Below, piece after piece: positions 1-13,324 of a stretch of DNA of 64,000 bases. The first letter of the stretch is position 1, and the number at the start of each line of letters is the position of its first letter. This DNA is from Marsupella aquatica. Lineage: Eukaryota; Plantae; Marchantiophyta. The notes under the pieces were generated by a model. That model saw only the letters and a program-made list of their open reading frames with translations, ran no database searches and was not told the origin of the DNA. The DNA is taken from the NCBI GenBank assembly GCA_973895155.1, contig OZ316891.1, positions 28,339,145 to 28,403,144 of the forward strand. The letters are read 5' to 3'. The translations under genes were made by a program, and so were the position numbers.

Positions 1-708
1 CAGATTGAACGGCACCTCAACTGGCTCAGAGGACATAAGTTGGCACTCTGCTGATTTGTAAACTTCTCGTACTGTCGGGCGATTCTCGCGGCACTACATT
101 GGACCTGTCTTCTGTGGTCAGGTCTCACGTTGCCCCGGACTCGTTCTGAACGATTACCGACAGGTTTGAAGTAGTTCGTCTCGCTCACTTGGATAGCCAT
201 ACAGAGAGCGGGAGGCATGAGATGGGTATCGGGAAGCTCGTGATGCAGCCGTCTCGTTTGTGAGTAGGCGCCTACTGCCGCTACTCAATGTGGGGCCATG
301 GTTGTTCGACGGATTGTTGGCCCATGCATTGCGTGGATATCTTTCCTAGCCCCCGTAAAGTAGGCGGATGTTTGGCGTGGAGTCGATAATTAGTGTTTTC
401 TCTAGAATTTAACGATGTATTGCCCTAGAGGGGCTTTGAGGGATCGGCCAATTCTAAACTGGCCCAGCCAGTCCCACTGAACAACAGAATTGCATCTGAC
501 CCAAACTGTAGAGATTGCGAGTAGTGTCACCCGCGGGACGTAGATTTAGCCGCGTTATCCATCACTTGTGGTATCTGGATGCATCACTGCAGCTATGATA
601 ATTACTACTTGTTCAGTTATGGCTTTCGATTTGCATAGATTTTCGTTGGTTGTGATTCTGGTAGACTTGCTAATTGCTGAGAGTAAACGAGAGGCGCAGT
701 ATCTTGGG

Positions 709-3700
709 ATGTTCAAGAGTATAGTGTCCGAAGATGTAGATAATTTGAGAACTCGGTTAACTAAATTTAATAAGTTGAAACGACAGATGGAGAAGAAATT
801 GGAGAACTACAAGGAAACGGGGAGGAGACTGTCTCGGAGATTTTCATCTCGGAAGCGTCTTCTTTCACTGAAAGGCAGGTTCAAGAAGTTTCTTTCCGAT
901 CATCAGCTCAAAGCTGGGTAAGCTGAGGTCGTCTCCTCCACTACTGGTTCAGACTCGGACTCGGACATAGACGGAAGGGAAACCTCTTCTCCTCCTGCCA
1001 GAAGCGGAGTGATTAAAAAATCTTCGGGCTCCAGTCCTTCCTCGGACACTGACGAGGAATCTCCGGCTAAACTGGAAAAGAAGAAGAAATCGGATTCAAG
1101 CCCAGATTCCTTGGAGGAGAAGAAGAAGAAAATGGGTCGATCAAATTCTAGTGAAAAGAAATTGCAATTCCATCTGCAGCAAGAACGTAAAGAATTCTTC
1201 GGACTTCCACCTCTCGAGGAAACTCCTCCTACTTCTCCTCAAAGTAATCCTAGATTCTCAACTGGAGCTGACAGCGACTACGGAAGGCTTTGGACACATG
1301 CTAGTGCGCCCAACTCTCCTGCGAATCTAGCCCATAACTTGAATATCAGCTACCGCGGTGGGGATTCTTCTCCTGTGGCTCTAGTCCATTCCTTGAGTGT
1401 AGGGAAACGGGGGAAGCATCCCAGCCAACTCTCAGATATATCCCATGCCTCTCCTCCAAGGTCTAGCAGTCTTGACCACGACGTGCTCGGCGTAAAGTCG
1501 GAGGACATGACATCTTCCCCATCCAAGACGACGCCCTCCTTAAAACCGAACGGATTGCCAATTGTTCATCATGATGAGGAACAAGGTAGGCCATCAGTTT
1601 TCTTAGTATTACCTTAATTGCTTATAGTGGGGACGAACAGATGAAATACCTCTTTGAGGTCAATGCACCTATTCCAGCCCCGTAGATCTATAATTTGTTA
1701 TACCGGGAATGGTAGACATTCATAAGCACGGACAGGAATGTGTCCAGGATGCAATTCTCTTTGTCATCAGTCATCTGATTGGACACGCGCTTACAGATTC
1801 GTATTCAGCGCTTCGAGATGCATATTCTGGTCCTTACTTTAGTGAGCCGTTGTTTCTTGCAGGGGTGTGGAGGTGCGGAAGTTGTGGTTGGATTTATCCT
1901 AATCCGAATCCCAGTTTGCGCAATCGACGACAGCATAAGCAGCACTGTGGAGAAATCAGCAATGTGCAGCGCTGGCTGGGTGCACAAGACATCAGGGATG
2001 CACCAGAGGAACGTGAGTAGTAACATGATGTGGGAATAGGCTTATTCAAGCTTCTTGCTGCCAGTACGAGCTACCATCCATTTGTTCAGAGCATGCACAC
2101 TTTCGCACTCTGCCCGCCGGGATTCTTAGAGCTTGCTGCGTAGTTATTTGCTCCTTGCAAATCTTGGATCGACAACTAAGTTACGGTCCCATCCTCGTCC
2201 TCATGCGTCGTTTGTATGGCGGCCCACAAGTTTGGGAGATTCTTCTGAACCGTGAGATGTCAGCTTAGATCAGTTTAAAGCAGTTCAAAAATTACATTGG
2301 TTGTGTAGCAGGCTTCTGATTCTAAGACTTCGGATGGCAAATTCATTCCTGGACCATTGTCTTGTGTGCAGGGGCTGTGAAATTAATAGAGGATTCAGAA
2401 GTGTGGGAGGGATCTGGCCTACATGACATATTGAGCACAGCCGATGAGCATTCAATGGGAAAGTTTGACAGAAAAGACGATAACGAGGGTGTGTCTGATA
2501 GGTCAGCTGATCATCATGGATCTGTGGATGAGGGCAGACTCGACGATATCGAGCCTAATGGTTCTCCAGATCATGATGCAGGTGGGGATGAGGGCAGTGG
2601 TGGAAGAAGTCCCAGTGCAGCTGCGAATCCTCACGGGATTGAGGACCAAAAGTTGAATAGAGTGCTCGAGTGGCCACCTTTTGATAATGGAACGAAAGAT
2701 CACAGCAGTGCAGATGAGATGCCGTCAGATGTGTCAACTGATCATCATGAAGTCAAGGAGCACAGCAAGTCGGAAGATCTGTCCATTGGGTCAACTGCTC
2801 ATAACGGCATTGAGGAAGCCAGTCAATTGGATGATTCGCCTTCGTTCATAACCCCTGAAGTTGAGGCTAACCAAGAGGAAATAACTCAGGTGTTTGGCAG
2901 TGAGGTCGAAGCTCATGAGAGACAGTTAAACCAGAAGTCGCAGGAGGAAATGGAAAATGAGGGAGGAGTTGGACAAGTAGAGCCTGTGAACGGCAATGAT
3001 AGACGGAGCTTTGCTGTGGTAGATTCAAATGTACACGATTTAGTTCATGTCGACAATATTGCAGGCTTTAAGGAAGGCGAGAATGCCAATCAAGATGTTA
3101 ATGACGATCTGAACCATCCTGATGATGTTGGGCTTACGGAGGTCCCGGAAGTCCATAGTGAGCAATCAGCCCCTACAAGTGATGCTGGAGTAGGGGATGG
3201 ACAGGCCATTCATGTTGTGAGGAACAAGGATGACTTGGACACCACGACACCTTTTGATGATGAATTCAGCAAGGATGCAGTAGATGCCAAAACAATTGAG
3301 TCGGAACCCAGAGTTATCACACATAAGGGACGACCGATGGTTTTGGCAAGAGTAGTGCGAGAGCCGGACGTGATGGAGCCAACCCTTTCTACAGCTGAAC
3401 TTCAGAGCGAAGACACAGAAATTGAAAAGAGAAATGTGAAAGCATTGAAAGCAGTAACTCGTGACGTGCCAAATGTGGACAAAGTGATACCAAAATTGTG
3501 TGAACCTTCTCAAAATAGCAGTCTGGAGACAGATTCAAAGACCAATGGCTTTGTTTCAGATTACAGCGGTGAACAGAAAGTGTCAGCGAGTGAGAGTGTG
3601 GAAGGGAATTCGACCCGAGAGTTACCTTCCCAGGAGAATGGCATCAGAACAGAAAATGGGGGCAGAGTTGCACCTCCTAGTCCTCTTGAAGAAGCGCCAA

Positions 3701-6700
3701 AATGGATGAATAGTGGGGTGATCACCTCTCAGGACGAAGGAGACACCTTTACTTCTATGCAGAAATACTGGGCAGGTAGGACAGGAAGCGAGTACTTGCT
3801 TGCAGAAGGAAAGAGATCACCATCGTTTGGTAGTTGCGATAATATTGGATTCCTTTCCTTCAAGAATGGGGAAGGCAGAAGATCACCTTCACCTTTTTCA
3901 CTTAGTAAATCTGCAGATGGGGAGGTCCAGAGCTCACCGTCTGTAGTTTTCCTCGACTATCGTAGCACTGCGGACGACAAAAGCGAAGAGTGGGCCGTCC
4001 CAAGTTTGGCAGTCATCCACCATCATGGAAGTAGTTCATCTAGTGCCCATGTGGACTACGATTTGGAGAAGGTGGTACATGAGCAGAACACTCATTACTT
4101 AATCTGTCCAGCATGTGGATCAGATGTCACCAAGAGGATTATACTAAGGAAGAGAAAGAGAACTCGCGGCCAGGAGGGCCATGGGAGGGAATCCAAGGAG
4201 ATAATGAGGCGACCAGGAGGTGTTGAGGATCAAACTCCCCAAGTTGATGAAAGTGACGATGAAACTTGGGGGTGTTTCGCTTGCCTTTCTTTCTTCATAC
4301 GCAGAGGTGAATGTTTTTCATAGGATGATTCTTAGGTTTTTCACTGCAGTATTGCCAGACTCAACTTTCGGTATGGAACTCATCTTGCATCCTGTGCTAC
4401 ATGTTCAATTATTTGATATCTATGTATTTGGGGTGTGCCTCCTCAGCGGGAAGTTGGTCTGCAATATCACATCCTCGGGGCTTGAAATTAGAGGACCAGG
4501 TCACGATCCATCGTATGAGCTCATCTTCTCGTCTTGTGTCTCAGGCGTTGGAGAAGGGCGTGTGTCCCAATCTTCTGTCCCTGGGGCAGAGGAGCAAACT
4601 CCATCAGCTTCTGGCGAGCCGGTGGAGACAGACCAGGAGAGAGTTCGATGTCTTCCAACGCTTTTCCGCTGGGACCAAGGGACGTCAAAGCCAGGTACAG
4701 GAATCCTGCTAGAATGCCGTGTTTTGGAAACTTCAGACAATCCCTTTCTACGTTATTCGCAAAATTCAGGCAATAAACCGCATCTCTTATTGGATTGTGG
4801 CTAGGCTTGAAGGCTTTTCCATAGCTCGTTGAGTGATTACCAATTGTAATTAACTGAGCCTCAGAGGCTGTGTTATCTTGAGCAATTATTATTATTGTCC
4901 CCGAATATTGAAAGGAAGTTGAATTCCATTAGACAATGGCTAAGTGACAAGTGCCTTCTACCTTGTTGATGTACGGTTATTCTTCTCTCAGCCAAAGAGG
5001 CCAAAACGTCGACACTTTTCTTCTCATCCGTTCACGTATTCATTCTCTAATTGCAATTCCGAGAAGACTCCATTGTGTAGATTGCGGCATTTTATGAGTA
5101 TGAGTTGTTTGTTTTGCAGAATTGAAAGTACCCCTTCTTGGAGATACTGCAAGGGAAGAAGTCGTTGGGGAGGTCCCAGAACCACGACCGGTGAATACTG
5201 GGTCTGTTCATGAGGTGTCCTTGGATGACGATGACAAAGTCAGCTGCTTTAGTTATTTACAACGGTCGAAGAGCTCAGGTACATTTGAATAAACGGGCCT
5301 GGAATTTTTTGTCACTTTTGAGCTCTTCAATTTACACGTGCATTCTCTCTATCCAAATGGAGTTCAGTTTAAAGCATGAAAGTTTCTAATCGGGCTCGTT
5401 GGGTTTGCGCTGACGTACATGAACCCTTACTTACAGGTACTTCCAAGGAAGAAGACAATGCAGCGATTGCAAAGCCAATGCCAGTCAGTAACGTACACGG
5501 TCAGGAGGTTCCTTCAGATGAGGATGAACGGGTCAGCTGCTTCAGCTATTTGCAACGCCCCAAACCGGAGACTCCTGTGAAGGAGGAGGCACCTGAAGAA
5601 TCATCAGTATCAAATTTTCAAGCAGAGATAGAGGATGAAGCATCAAACCCTCACCAAGCTGAAGGGGTCGGGGAGCATGGTGAATTCCCAGATAAGGATC
5701 ACGAGTCCGTTATCCAACTTCCTGATGGAATTGAGGTTTCGCAGCAAAGAGAGACAGTAGAAAAGGAAAACTGCGAATGTCTTCCATTTTTCTCATTCCG
5801 ATCTGAGAGTTCTTTTCCAGCGAACACTGTCGCAGATACACGTAGGCCCCCAAGAGAATTCCATCCTGTAGAGGACCCTAACAAGGGAGGAACTTCAGAG
5901 TCGTTGCCTGCGTCAGTGCCAGCTTTTCCATGGGGAACACCTTCCAAATGTGATTTGTCTCCTTCACCAGGAGACTTGTCATCTCACCCGGAGATCACTG
6001 ACAGTCCTGAGGAAACCTCTACGTTGTTGACGCAAGAGCATCAAGTCCTGGAGGACGGAAGTGAGAAAAGAAGTTGCAATTGTCTACCAGAGCTACTATC
6101 AGCTTTTTCCTGGGGACCAATCCCAGTGTATACTCATCCTCCCCTGGATACGGTTGAATCAGCACAAATGGAACAAGACGAGGAACGCACGGCAGTTAGT
6201 CCTATTGCTTCAGTGACACAAGAGCCTCGACCCCTGGGGGTTGCTGAAGAGAAAGGAACTTTCAATTGCCTAACAGAGCTGCCTTCCTTCACATGGGGAC
6301 GAATCCCAGTGTATACTCATCCTCCCCCGGATACTTACGAGTTTTCAGGAGAGGAACAATACGAGGAACCTTCTGCAGGTATTCCTAGTGCTTCAGGGAC
6401 CCGAGAGCGTCAAGTCCCTGAGGTTAGTGGAGAGAACAGAAGTTGTAATTGCCTACCCGAGCTATCTACCTTTTCATGGCGATCAATCCCAGATCATACC
6501 CAAATCCAGTCATCACCCCAGGCCACCCCAGGCTGTACTGACGAGGTTACTGTCGATGGCGACGAGGATTTACAATCTTCTCATCTTAAAGCAGAGGCCA
6601 AAGAGTCGGCAACCTGCGCATGTTTACCGCTTTTGTTCCCCGCATTTCGCTGGGGACATACAATGACAACATACGAAAATGGTCAGGACCGATCTGTTGA

Positions 6701-9700
6701 GAAGCAAGAATTTCCTTACAAGTTCATGATATTGATTCTTAATTTACACTTTGTTGGTGGGACTTGTCATGGCTCCAAGTGTATTATCTTTGCAGCAACA
6801 AGAGTATCACCTAACGTGTGTCATGTCTGGACCATGCCTGCTGTTGATACATATGGAGTAGAAGTTGATGTACGTCTGATCATTGGGAGGATGTAATCGG
6901 ATTTTGGGGAATTTGTTGCAGGGCTTCAAGAACCTCTCAACCAAGACCCACCTGCGGCCGGGTCAGTTCCGCTGGACGAGGCCTCAACTGATCCAATAAT
7001 GGAGACAAGTGGTGTGTGCTCAGCTCATCTCCATGCAATGACAAGACAGCGCAGCATTGTCTCTGACATTTATCATACTTACGTTCTCGTATTTAGCATT
7101 GAACAAATCTTCTCGTGAAGGTGCCTCATTTGCCCACCAAGGTTGAACTGGATTTCCGGGCTTAAATTTGTTTCAGGACTACCAGACCCTGCCGTTGAAG
7201 GATCGGAAGGATTGGACTCTGTACCTGCTAGACCAGGTCCTTCATATGACTACATACTGACGTGATTCAAATTGAATGCGCCTTTTGCTCTTCTCATATC
7301 TCATATTGCAATCTTATCGATGTGACAGAAATATCTTGTCCTATTGTTCGTTATTATCAATGAATGTATCTTCAGTTTCTTGACTTTGAATCATAGTTGC
7401 TTTATTGGCTATTCAGCTTGTGATTTATGCGAAAGAGTAGCATACCGTTGTTGGCTACCATGATTGCGGCTCTTACGGCTTTGACACATATTTTTGTGTG
7501 AGTGCTGTGATATTGAACTTTGCCTCGATTGCAGTAACAAACGGCGGCGGGACGACTGAAATCACAGTGTCCGAAAATATCCACGTCGAAGGCATCGTTT
7601 CCGGTCAGACAATTACTACTGAAAAACCCAGTGGAAAACCAGCTGACGTTATCAATTCTGCAACTATTCATCAGTCCAATTATCACTTCGAGGCTGATAT
7701 CGAGGATGGGCACTTCACCAGTACTGTTGAGAAGCTAAAACCTGAATCGCCGCCGTTGAACATCTCCAACGGTGACACAGTCTCATCCACTCCCTCCTAT
7801 TTGTCTGCCGGGTCTAGTGATGAGCCAGAACGAGCACCTGTAGAATACAGTCCGGTTATAGAAGGGGATCTCGATGAATTTCAACACTATGCACAAGCAA
7901 TTGCCAACCACCTAGTCCACAGAGATGTGGCTGCTTCACCTAACGCAGTGTCCCAACCAGTAGAGAATACCATAGGAATCGTAGAAGACCAGCCAAAGAA
8001 TGAGCACCTGTCGTGCAATTGTTTCCCAACGTATTTGCCGATCTTAAGTTGGTGGGGGCCGTCGATCGACAGTACGGTTGGCGGTGAGTTTGGTGTGCTC
8101 TTCTTATCATTATTGCCAGCTTGTCGTTTCTTCGGATTTCGGTTGAGAATAGCGTTGGTAGACATCCTATTTCATAGCAAACCTGGAAGACCTCATTGCT
8201 ACCACTAACCTCTAATTAGTCCCTTCATATGATTAATGAATGACATTGGTGGCGTGACAGAAGGGCTTGAGGGACATCTGCAAGATGGGGGCAATGGGGT
8301 AGATGTGTCTCCCGAAGTCGAACTGCCGAGGGGCCGTCCATCACTGGACGGAACAAGGGAAAGATGCAATTGCCTACCGTCATTCCCCAAGTTTTCCTTG
8401 TACGATGTGCTCAGAGATCATCACGTCCCTGCAGGTATATTACCCTGTTGGATACTGACCTAGCTGTTTGTAAAGATTCTGTTGTCGCTTTTAATGTACA
8501 CATAGACCAGTCACGCGATTAGGCTTATTCACTTCTTTCATGTACCTTGGCCATTTTCTCTCCATCTCTCGCATAGGCTACTTGATCAAATGCCACTGCT
8601 GTGGGTACTGTCAATTAGCAATAGTGGGACCTTCTCATGTTAGCTGTCTTTCTGAACTATGACCTCTAGAGGATGTCTTCCGCACGCTACATAAGATCTC
8701 CTTCTAAATAGTTTTCATCCCTGGTGAGTGGCCAACTTCTGACAAATTTTTATTAATTGCAATGAGAGGGTTTTGACTCTGTCTACCATTTCGTCCGCAG
8801 GGCCACGGTTGCCAGGGACAGAAGGTGATGACATTACAACCCCACTGCTCGGCGGAGCTCCACTCAAACCACACACAGTTGTCGAAATTGAGAGTACTGC
8901 AACCACTGTTGCAGTAGAGGGTGCCACCACTGCAGAAGCAATTGCTATTGCAAAGGGTCAAAGATCAAGCGAAGGTGACCTAGCCCCTTCAGAATACTTG
9001 AAGAGTATTGTTCATGGAGGTCTTGATGTGACCCTTGTCAGTCTGGGGGTCGTAGCCTCAGGATCTGGAGGTGACGCCAAGACAAGTGAGTAAACTCTTC
9101 ATTTCCTACCTTCGTTTAGCAGGATCTTGTCTCTTGCATGTATTAGAAGCATGCATCCAATGATCGTCACAATATCCAGCAATCAGTATCAGTCCTGAGC
9201 AGGATATCCAATGTAAATTTGAATTGTGCTTAACACAGTTCTAATCCTACCACGATGAGGCTGCTCCATATACGAAATGGTGAAGGTTCCCCGTTTTCAG
9301 CTTTGCATGAAGGAATTCTTTGATTTCCCAGATGACCTGCCACATTTGCACGGAATTTGCCTGTTGTCTCATCTTGTTATTCTGTTCATCTGTGCGCAGT
9401 CACAGTGATTGCAATTGGCCTGGCCAATCTGGTGTTTGGACTTCTCACACACTTGAGCACCGTGAGTAGCAACCTTCATCAATGATTGTTATTGCGGGGG
9501 AATCCCTATATCGTTTTACTTTCGTGTCTTTTAAGCATAGTCGCACAGCTTTGGCTTTGTCACACCTCAACAGAAGTACTTTTCTGAACTACATATTTTA
9601 ATCTGTTTGGGATGTTCAGATAATGTCCCTATATTACAACAACCGGACACAATTTCAGCAAGAGGTTGGACAGGGTGTTACCCAAGGATGTCTTTCCGTA

Positions 9701-9976
9701 GTCTCCTTTTTATTCTTTGGGGCTCTTTCTCCGATAACATATGGGTTCTCATTCAGAAGTGCAAAAAGTAGGAACTACAAATTTGCTGCCACTTGTGTGG
9801 TTGCATTGGTCTCCATTGTACTGTTGGGGGCCGCGAAGGCCCGTGTAAAGTCCAAGTCAGCTGCTAGAGTCATATCCACCCTTATTGTCACGGGTTTCCT
9901 GGCAGCCGTTGCGGGGTATGAAACAGGAAACCTTGTAGCACAGCTACTGGAACAGATTGGATTTTCCAGTGTGTAA
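709..9976 (+). CDS. Membrane-protein-of-ER-body (MEB)-like / VIT1-CCC1 family metal transporter with a very long acidic N-terminal region; multi-exon, start codon uncertain
   Basis: MEB motif YDLEKVVHEQNTHYLICPACGSDVTKRIILRKRKR and WGCFACLSFF. C-terminal VIT1 segments YLKSIVHGGLDVTLVSLGVVAS, VIAIGLANLVFGL, SVVSFLFFGALSPITYGFSF and LLGAAKARV. Phase-consistent GT-AG junctions at 1585/1863, 2012/2372, 4306/4545 and 4694/5120. An in-frame TAA at 919-921 makes the start ambiguous (next in-frame ATG 1132). Confidence 0.85.
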
Positions 9977-10968
9977 TACCCCGAGTAGACAGAACGGCGA
10001 TTGGACTTGGAATATCAAAGTGATGAGGAGGTTGTTGGCCGAATGGTGCTTCTCAGATTGGATTTCCCTCGCAGCCGTTAGCGCTAGCTGCCTACTTCAG
10101 TATAGAATCATCTCCGTGATGATTGTAGACTGGGTTGGGGCAGTTGCCTGGCTACGAGGTATGCACTTGGACAGACTGGAGTATCCTGAGATTTTGGACG
10201 GGTGATTAGCCAACTAACCGAGAGCGGGAAAATTCCCTTATGCTTACATGTATATTCTATGCCTGAGTGAGATTATTGTCTCATTTATAGTTATGAGCTC
10301 GTTTAGTGAGTATTCATACGTTGGTCTTGTGTTGGACTCAAGTGTCAACATTTCATTGATTACGAGTTTGAGTTTGGCTTCGATCTGTCGTATTTATTGG
10401 CGATTGCCTGAAAAGCATTTTTAACAGTTCTTGTTCTTGAAAGCCAGTGAAGAATCTGGGTGCTTGTGAAGAATTTAATACGGTTCCCAGAGTTCTCTTG
10501 GGTAGGTGTCTGTTTTCGTACCCAGAAATGTTCTTCAACATTTTGGGGAGCAACATCTGAATGAATTTTGTTGACAAAATGTGCTTCCGTGCATCGTCTG
10601 CCGATTCTCTATTGCAGTTGTGTACTACACTCCGAGCTCCTACCAACGCTGATTATAGCAGGCTCACCTTGGAACACCGCTGTAGCAAACTAAAATGACT
10701 ACTATTCGATTTGAATATGCTGAACTAAAGTATTAGTATTAGTACTCCCCTCGCTTTGCCACTCAAACCAGCATCATTTAATTGCCCCTGTTGAAGTTAT
10801 AGTTATTCAAGGGGTGAATAAGGTCACTAGTATTGTGTGTATGGAATGCTGTTAGGGGTATCCGTTTATTCTTTAACAGAGCTGGCTCTTACTATATAGT
10901 CACCTTTTTGTCTGAATATCTCAAAGTGCCATGGTTTTTAGTTTTGTTACTACGCTGCTTCTTTTTTC

Positions 10969-11237
10969 CAGCCCCCAGTTTAGTTAACCACCCAGTTAAC
11001 AGCAGGCCACTTAATGGTGGAGACTGGAGTCTCAAATGTTGTACTCCCTCACAGAGCTCCACGGAGGGAGCCAAGCAAGGGAGGCAGCGGCTGCGTAAGG
11101 GGTAGGGGCTGCCTTGGTGAGGGGCAACGCAGGTTGGAATTGAGGGTGATTTGTTCCACCAGATTTGCATCCATGTCACATCCTCCCCATTGGATGAACT
11201 GCTGTTAACCCAGGCTGCTTAACTAAACCGGAGGCTG
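10969..11237. mobile_element. Small foldback/MITE-like element (degenerate)
   Basis: Imperfect terminal inverted repeats CAGCCCCCAGTTTAGTTAA...GTTAACAGC and GCTGTTAAC...TTAACTAAACCGGAGGCTG; no TSD found. Confidence 0.4.
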
Positions 11238-11839
11238 ACAAGAGGTGACATCGTATTAAATAAACTAAAAACCTTGGCCAGTTGTGATATGTAGGCAAAA
11301 CAGGTGGCAATCTACAGTTGTTGAAGCCAGGTTCATAAAGTGCTCTCCTACCTAACTTAGCTCTACCCTAAGCCAAAGAAAGCCGTCGGTGGTCTCAAGT
11401 AATCCTGACCTAGGAGGGCAAGATTTTGCAATGTTTTGGCTAAAGTGTGTGAATAAAGCTCAATGCTAGAATAGAATTCAGTTGACACATATGTCTAAGT
11501 CATCCAACAGCAAGTTATTCCATAATTTTTATTTATGGAGTTTTTCTTGGAGTTTGTGCAATTTCTTCTTTATAGAGCTAATATTTCAATTGCAAGTTAT
11601 ATCCTTATAGAAAGTATACAAACCATTTACAAAAAGAAAAGGACCAAACAGAGTACAAAAGAACAAACAAGGGAAGTCCAAAGCCGACAAAAACTAAACT
11701 CAAAAGAAGTGAGCAAAGGGAAACCTCTAAAACCAAGAAAGAGGAAACAAAACTAATGTCTCATTAAACCTAGCAAATGTGGCAAAAGCTAACCATATCA
11801 TGTTTCGAAAGTAAATTGGCAAGTGGCATGGGAATGTCC

Positions 11840-12510
11840 TCGATGGGGGCGAACCCTGCAGAGGCACACTAGCACCCACTGTGAGAGATTAACAATAGAT
11901 GTCCCGAGCTTGAGTACGCTGTAATGACAAAAGTGCATGGTCAAAAGAGATAGTGGGGGTCTGGTGGGACCCATCCAACCATGAATATCACGAGTAGCCT
12001 ACACAAGAAGCCCATTGAACTTATGATGAAGACACCCAAAGATCTCAAGAGCAAGGGGAGGAAGTTATTAGATGATTGAAGCTCACATGCACCATATTTG
12101 GCCCTTTTGTTGTGAGTGCCGCTGTCCCAATGGTGTCTTAGCACAAAGCGTTTGCCACCACTACATCTGCCAAAGTATGTTGACGATCATAGACCATGGT
12201 AAGATCAACCTGTAACCGCTGCAATAAAGGACTAGGCAACTTGAGTACCACCTCTTGTTGCACACATCGACCAAAGATCCCAAGAGAACCTGAGCAGTTG
12301 CATTCTTCACAACGTCATGAACAACAATGGTTGCACCATGCAAATTGCACCAAAGAAGATGGAAGCATGTGGCATCTCAAGGCTTCCCACATGTGCAGGA
12401 AATAGGTGGGGCAACCCCATAAGAAGACGCATGGCTGTCAAGAACTCCTCTGGCAACATCCGCAGATGAGAAATGGCTGGATTGGCCTGAAGCACCCTCC
12501 TGCGCACTAG
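11840..12510 (-). mobile_element. Degenerate 3' end of an RLE-type (CRE-like) non-LTR retrotransposon
   Basis: Frameshifted minus-strand pieces: MRLLMGL, Cys/His cluster CGK..FHLLWCNLHG...HDVVK, then KRAKYG...FLPL(A)LEIFG. These resemble the Zn finger plus restriction-like endonuclease K..KY...F.P.A.E..G of CRE/R2-group elements. Confidence 0.5.
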
Positions 12511-12992
12511 CAGTTAAAGTTGTCATTGAAGTTAAAATAATTAACGATTAAGATCAAATCATAATGTCAAACAGTTGAGGAATATTATGTGGTTAACAGT
12601 ATCTTAGTGTTATGAGTTGATCATAAATCATTCAGTATCACAAAGGTGTGCATATTCACTGGTTGTGGAGAGCTCAAACTCTCAACAGTAAGCTGTCATT
12701 GTACCTTTAATTGAGGGGAATTTCCAGGCTCTTCTTGTGTCAATTTGTGTTCAAACTAACAATAAGATGGATTTGAAAGGAAAAGATTTTGAAAAACATT
12801 TGAATGGATAAGTTGAAACCACAATAAAAAATCTAAACACTATAGTATACAATCCTGCCTTTTTTCCTTATTATCTGCCAATGAAATGCACTTTTGGAGG
12901 AAATTCATTATGACCATTGGATTTAAACCTTAAATCTTCTTAGCCATCTGGCCAAAAGCATAATAAAGAGCAAATTCTAGCTGGGGGCATAG

Positions 12993-13324
12993 TGTTAAGG
13001 ATTGCTCTTAGTCTTGTGACTCAAAAGTTACGGCACTTAGGCTAACCACAGTTAGGGTCTTAGTTGAGGTTAGGTTAGTCTTGTGTGACCTTGTATATAC
13101 CAGGGCTAGTGTAAGCCACTGGGGTGTGGTGCTTACTCATTGTAACGGAGCAACTTGAGGAAGAGGGAAAGCATGTGTGTTTGTCTACTCTTGGAGTAAG
13201 GCTTGAGTGTTTGTGTGGACGTAGTCTTGGAGAAGAGGTGAACCACGTAGAGATTGTGTCGACTACGTGTGAATGCAATGAGTTATTGTTGTATGGTGGT
13301 TGCGAAAGACGTCAAGGTTCAACA
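12993..13324 (+). mobile_element. Solo LTR (332 bp, Copia-like)
   Basis: TGTTAA...TTCAACA termini, exact 5-bp TSD CATAG (12988-12992 / 13325-13329), and the LTR core GTGGACGTAG...GAACCACGTA. Confidence 0.85.
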
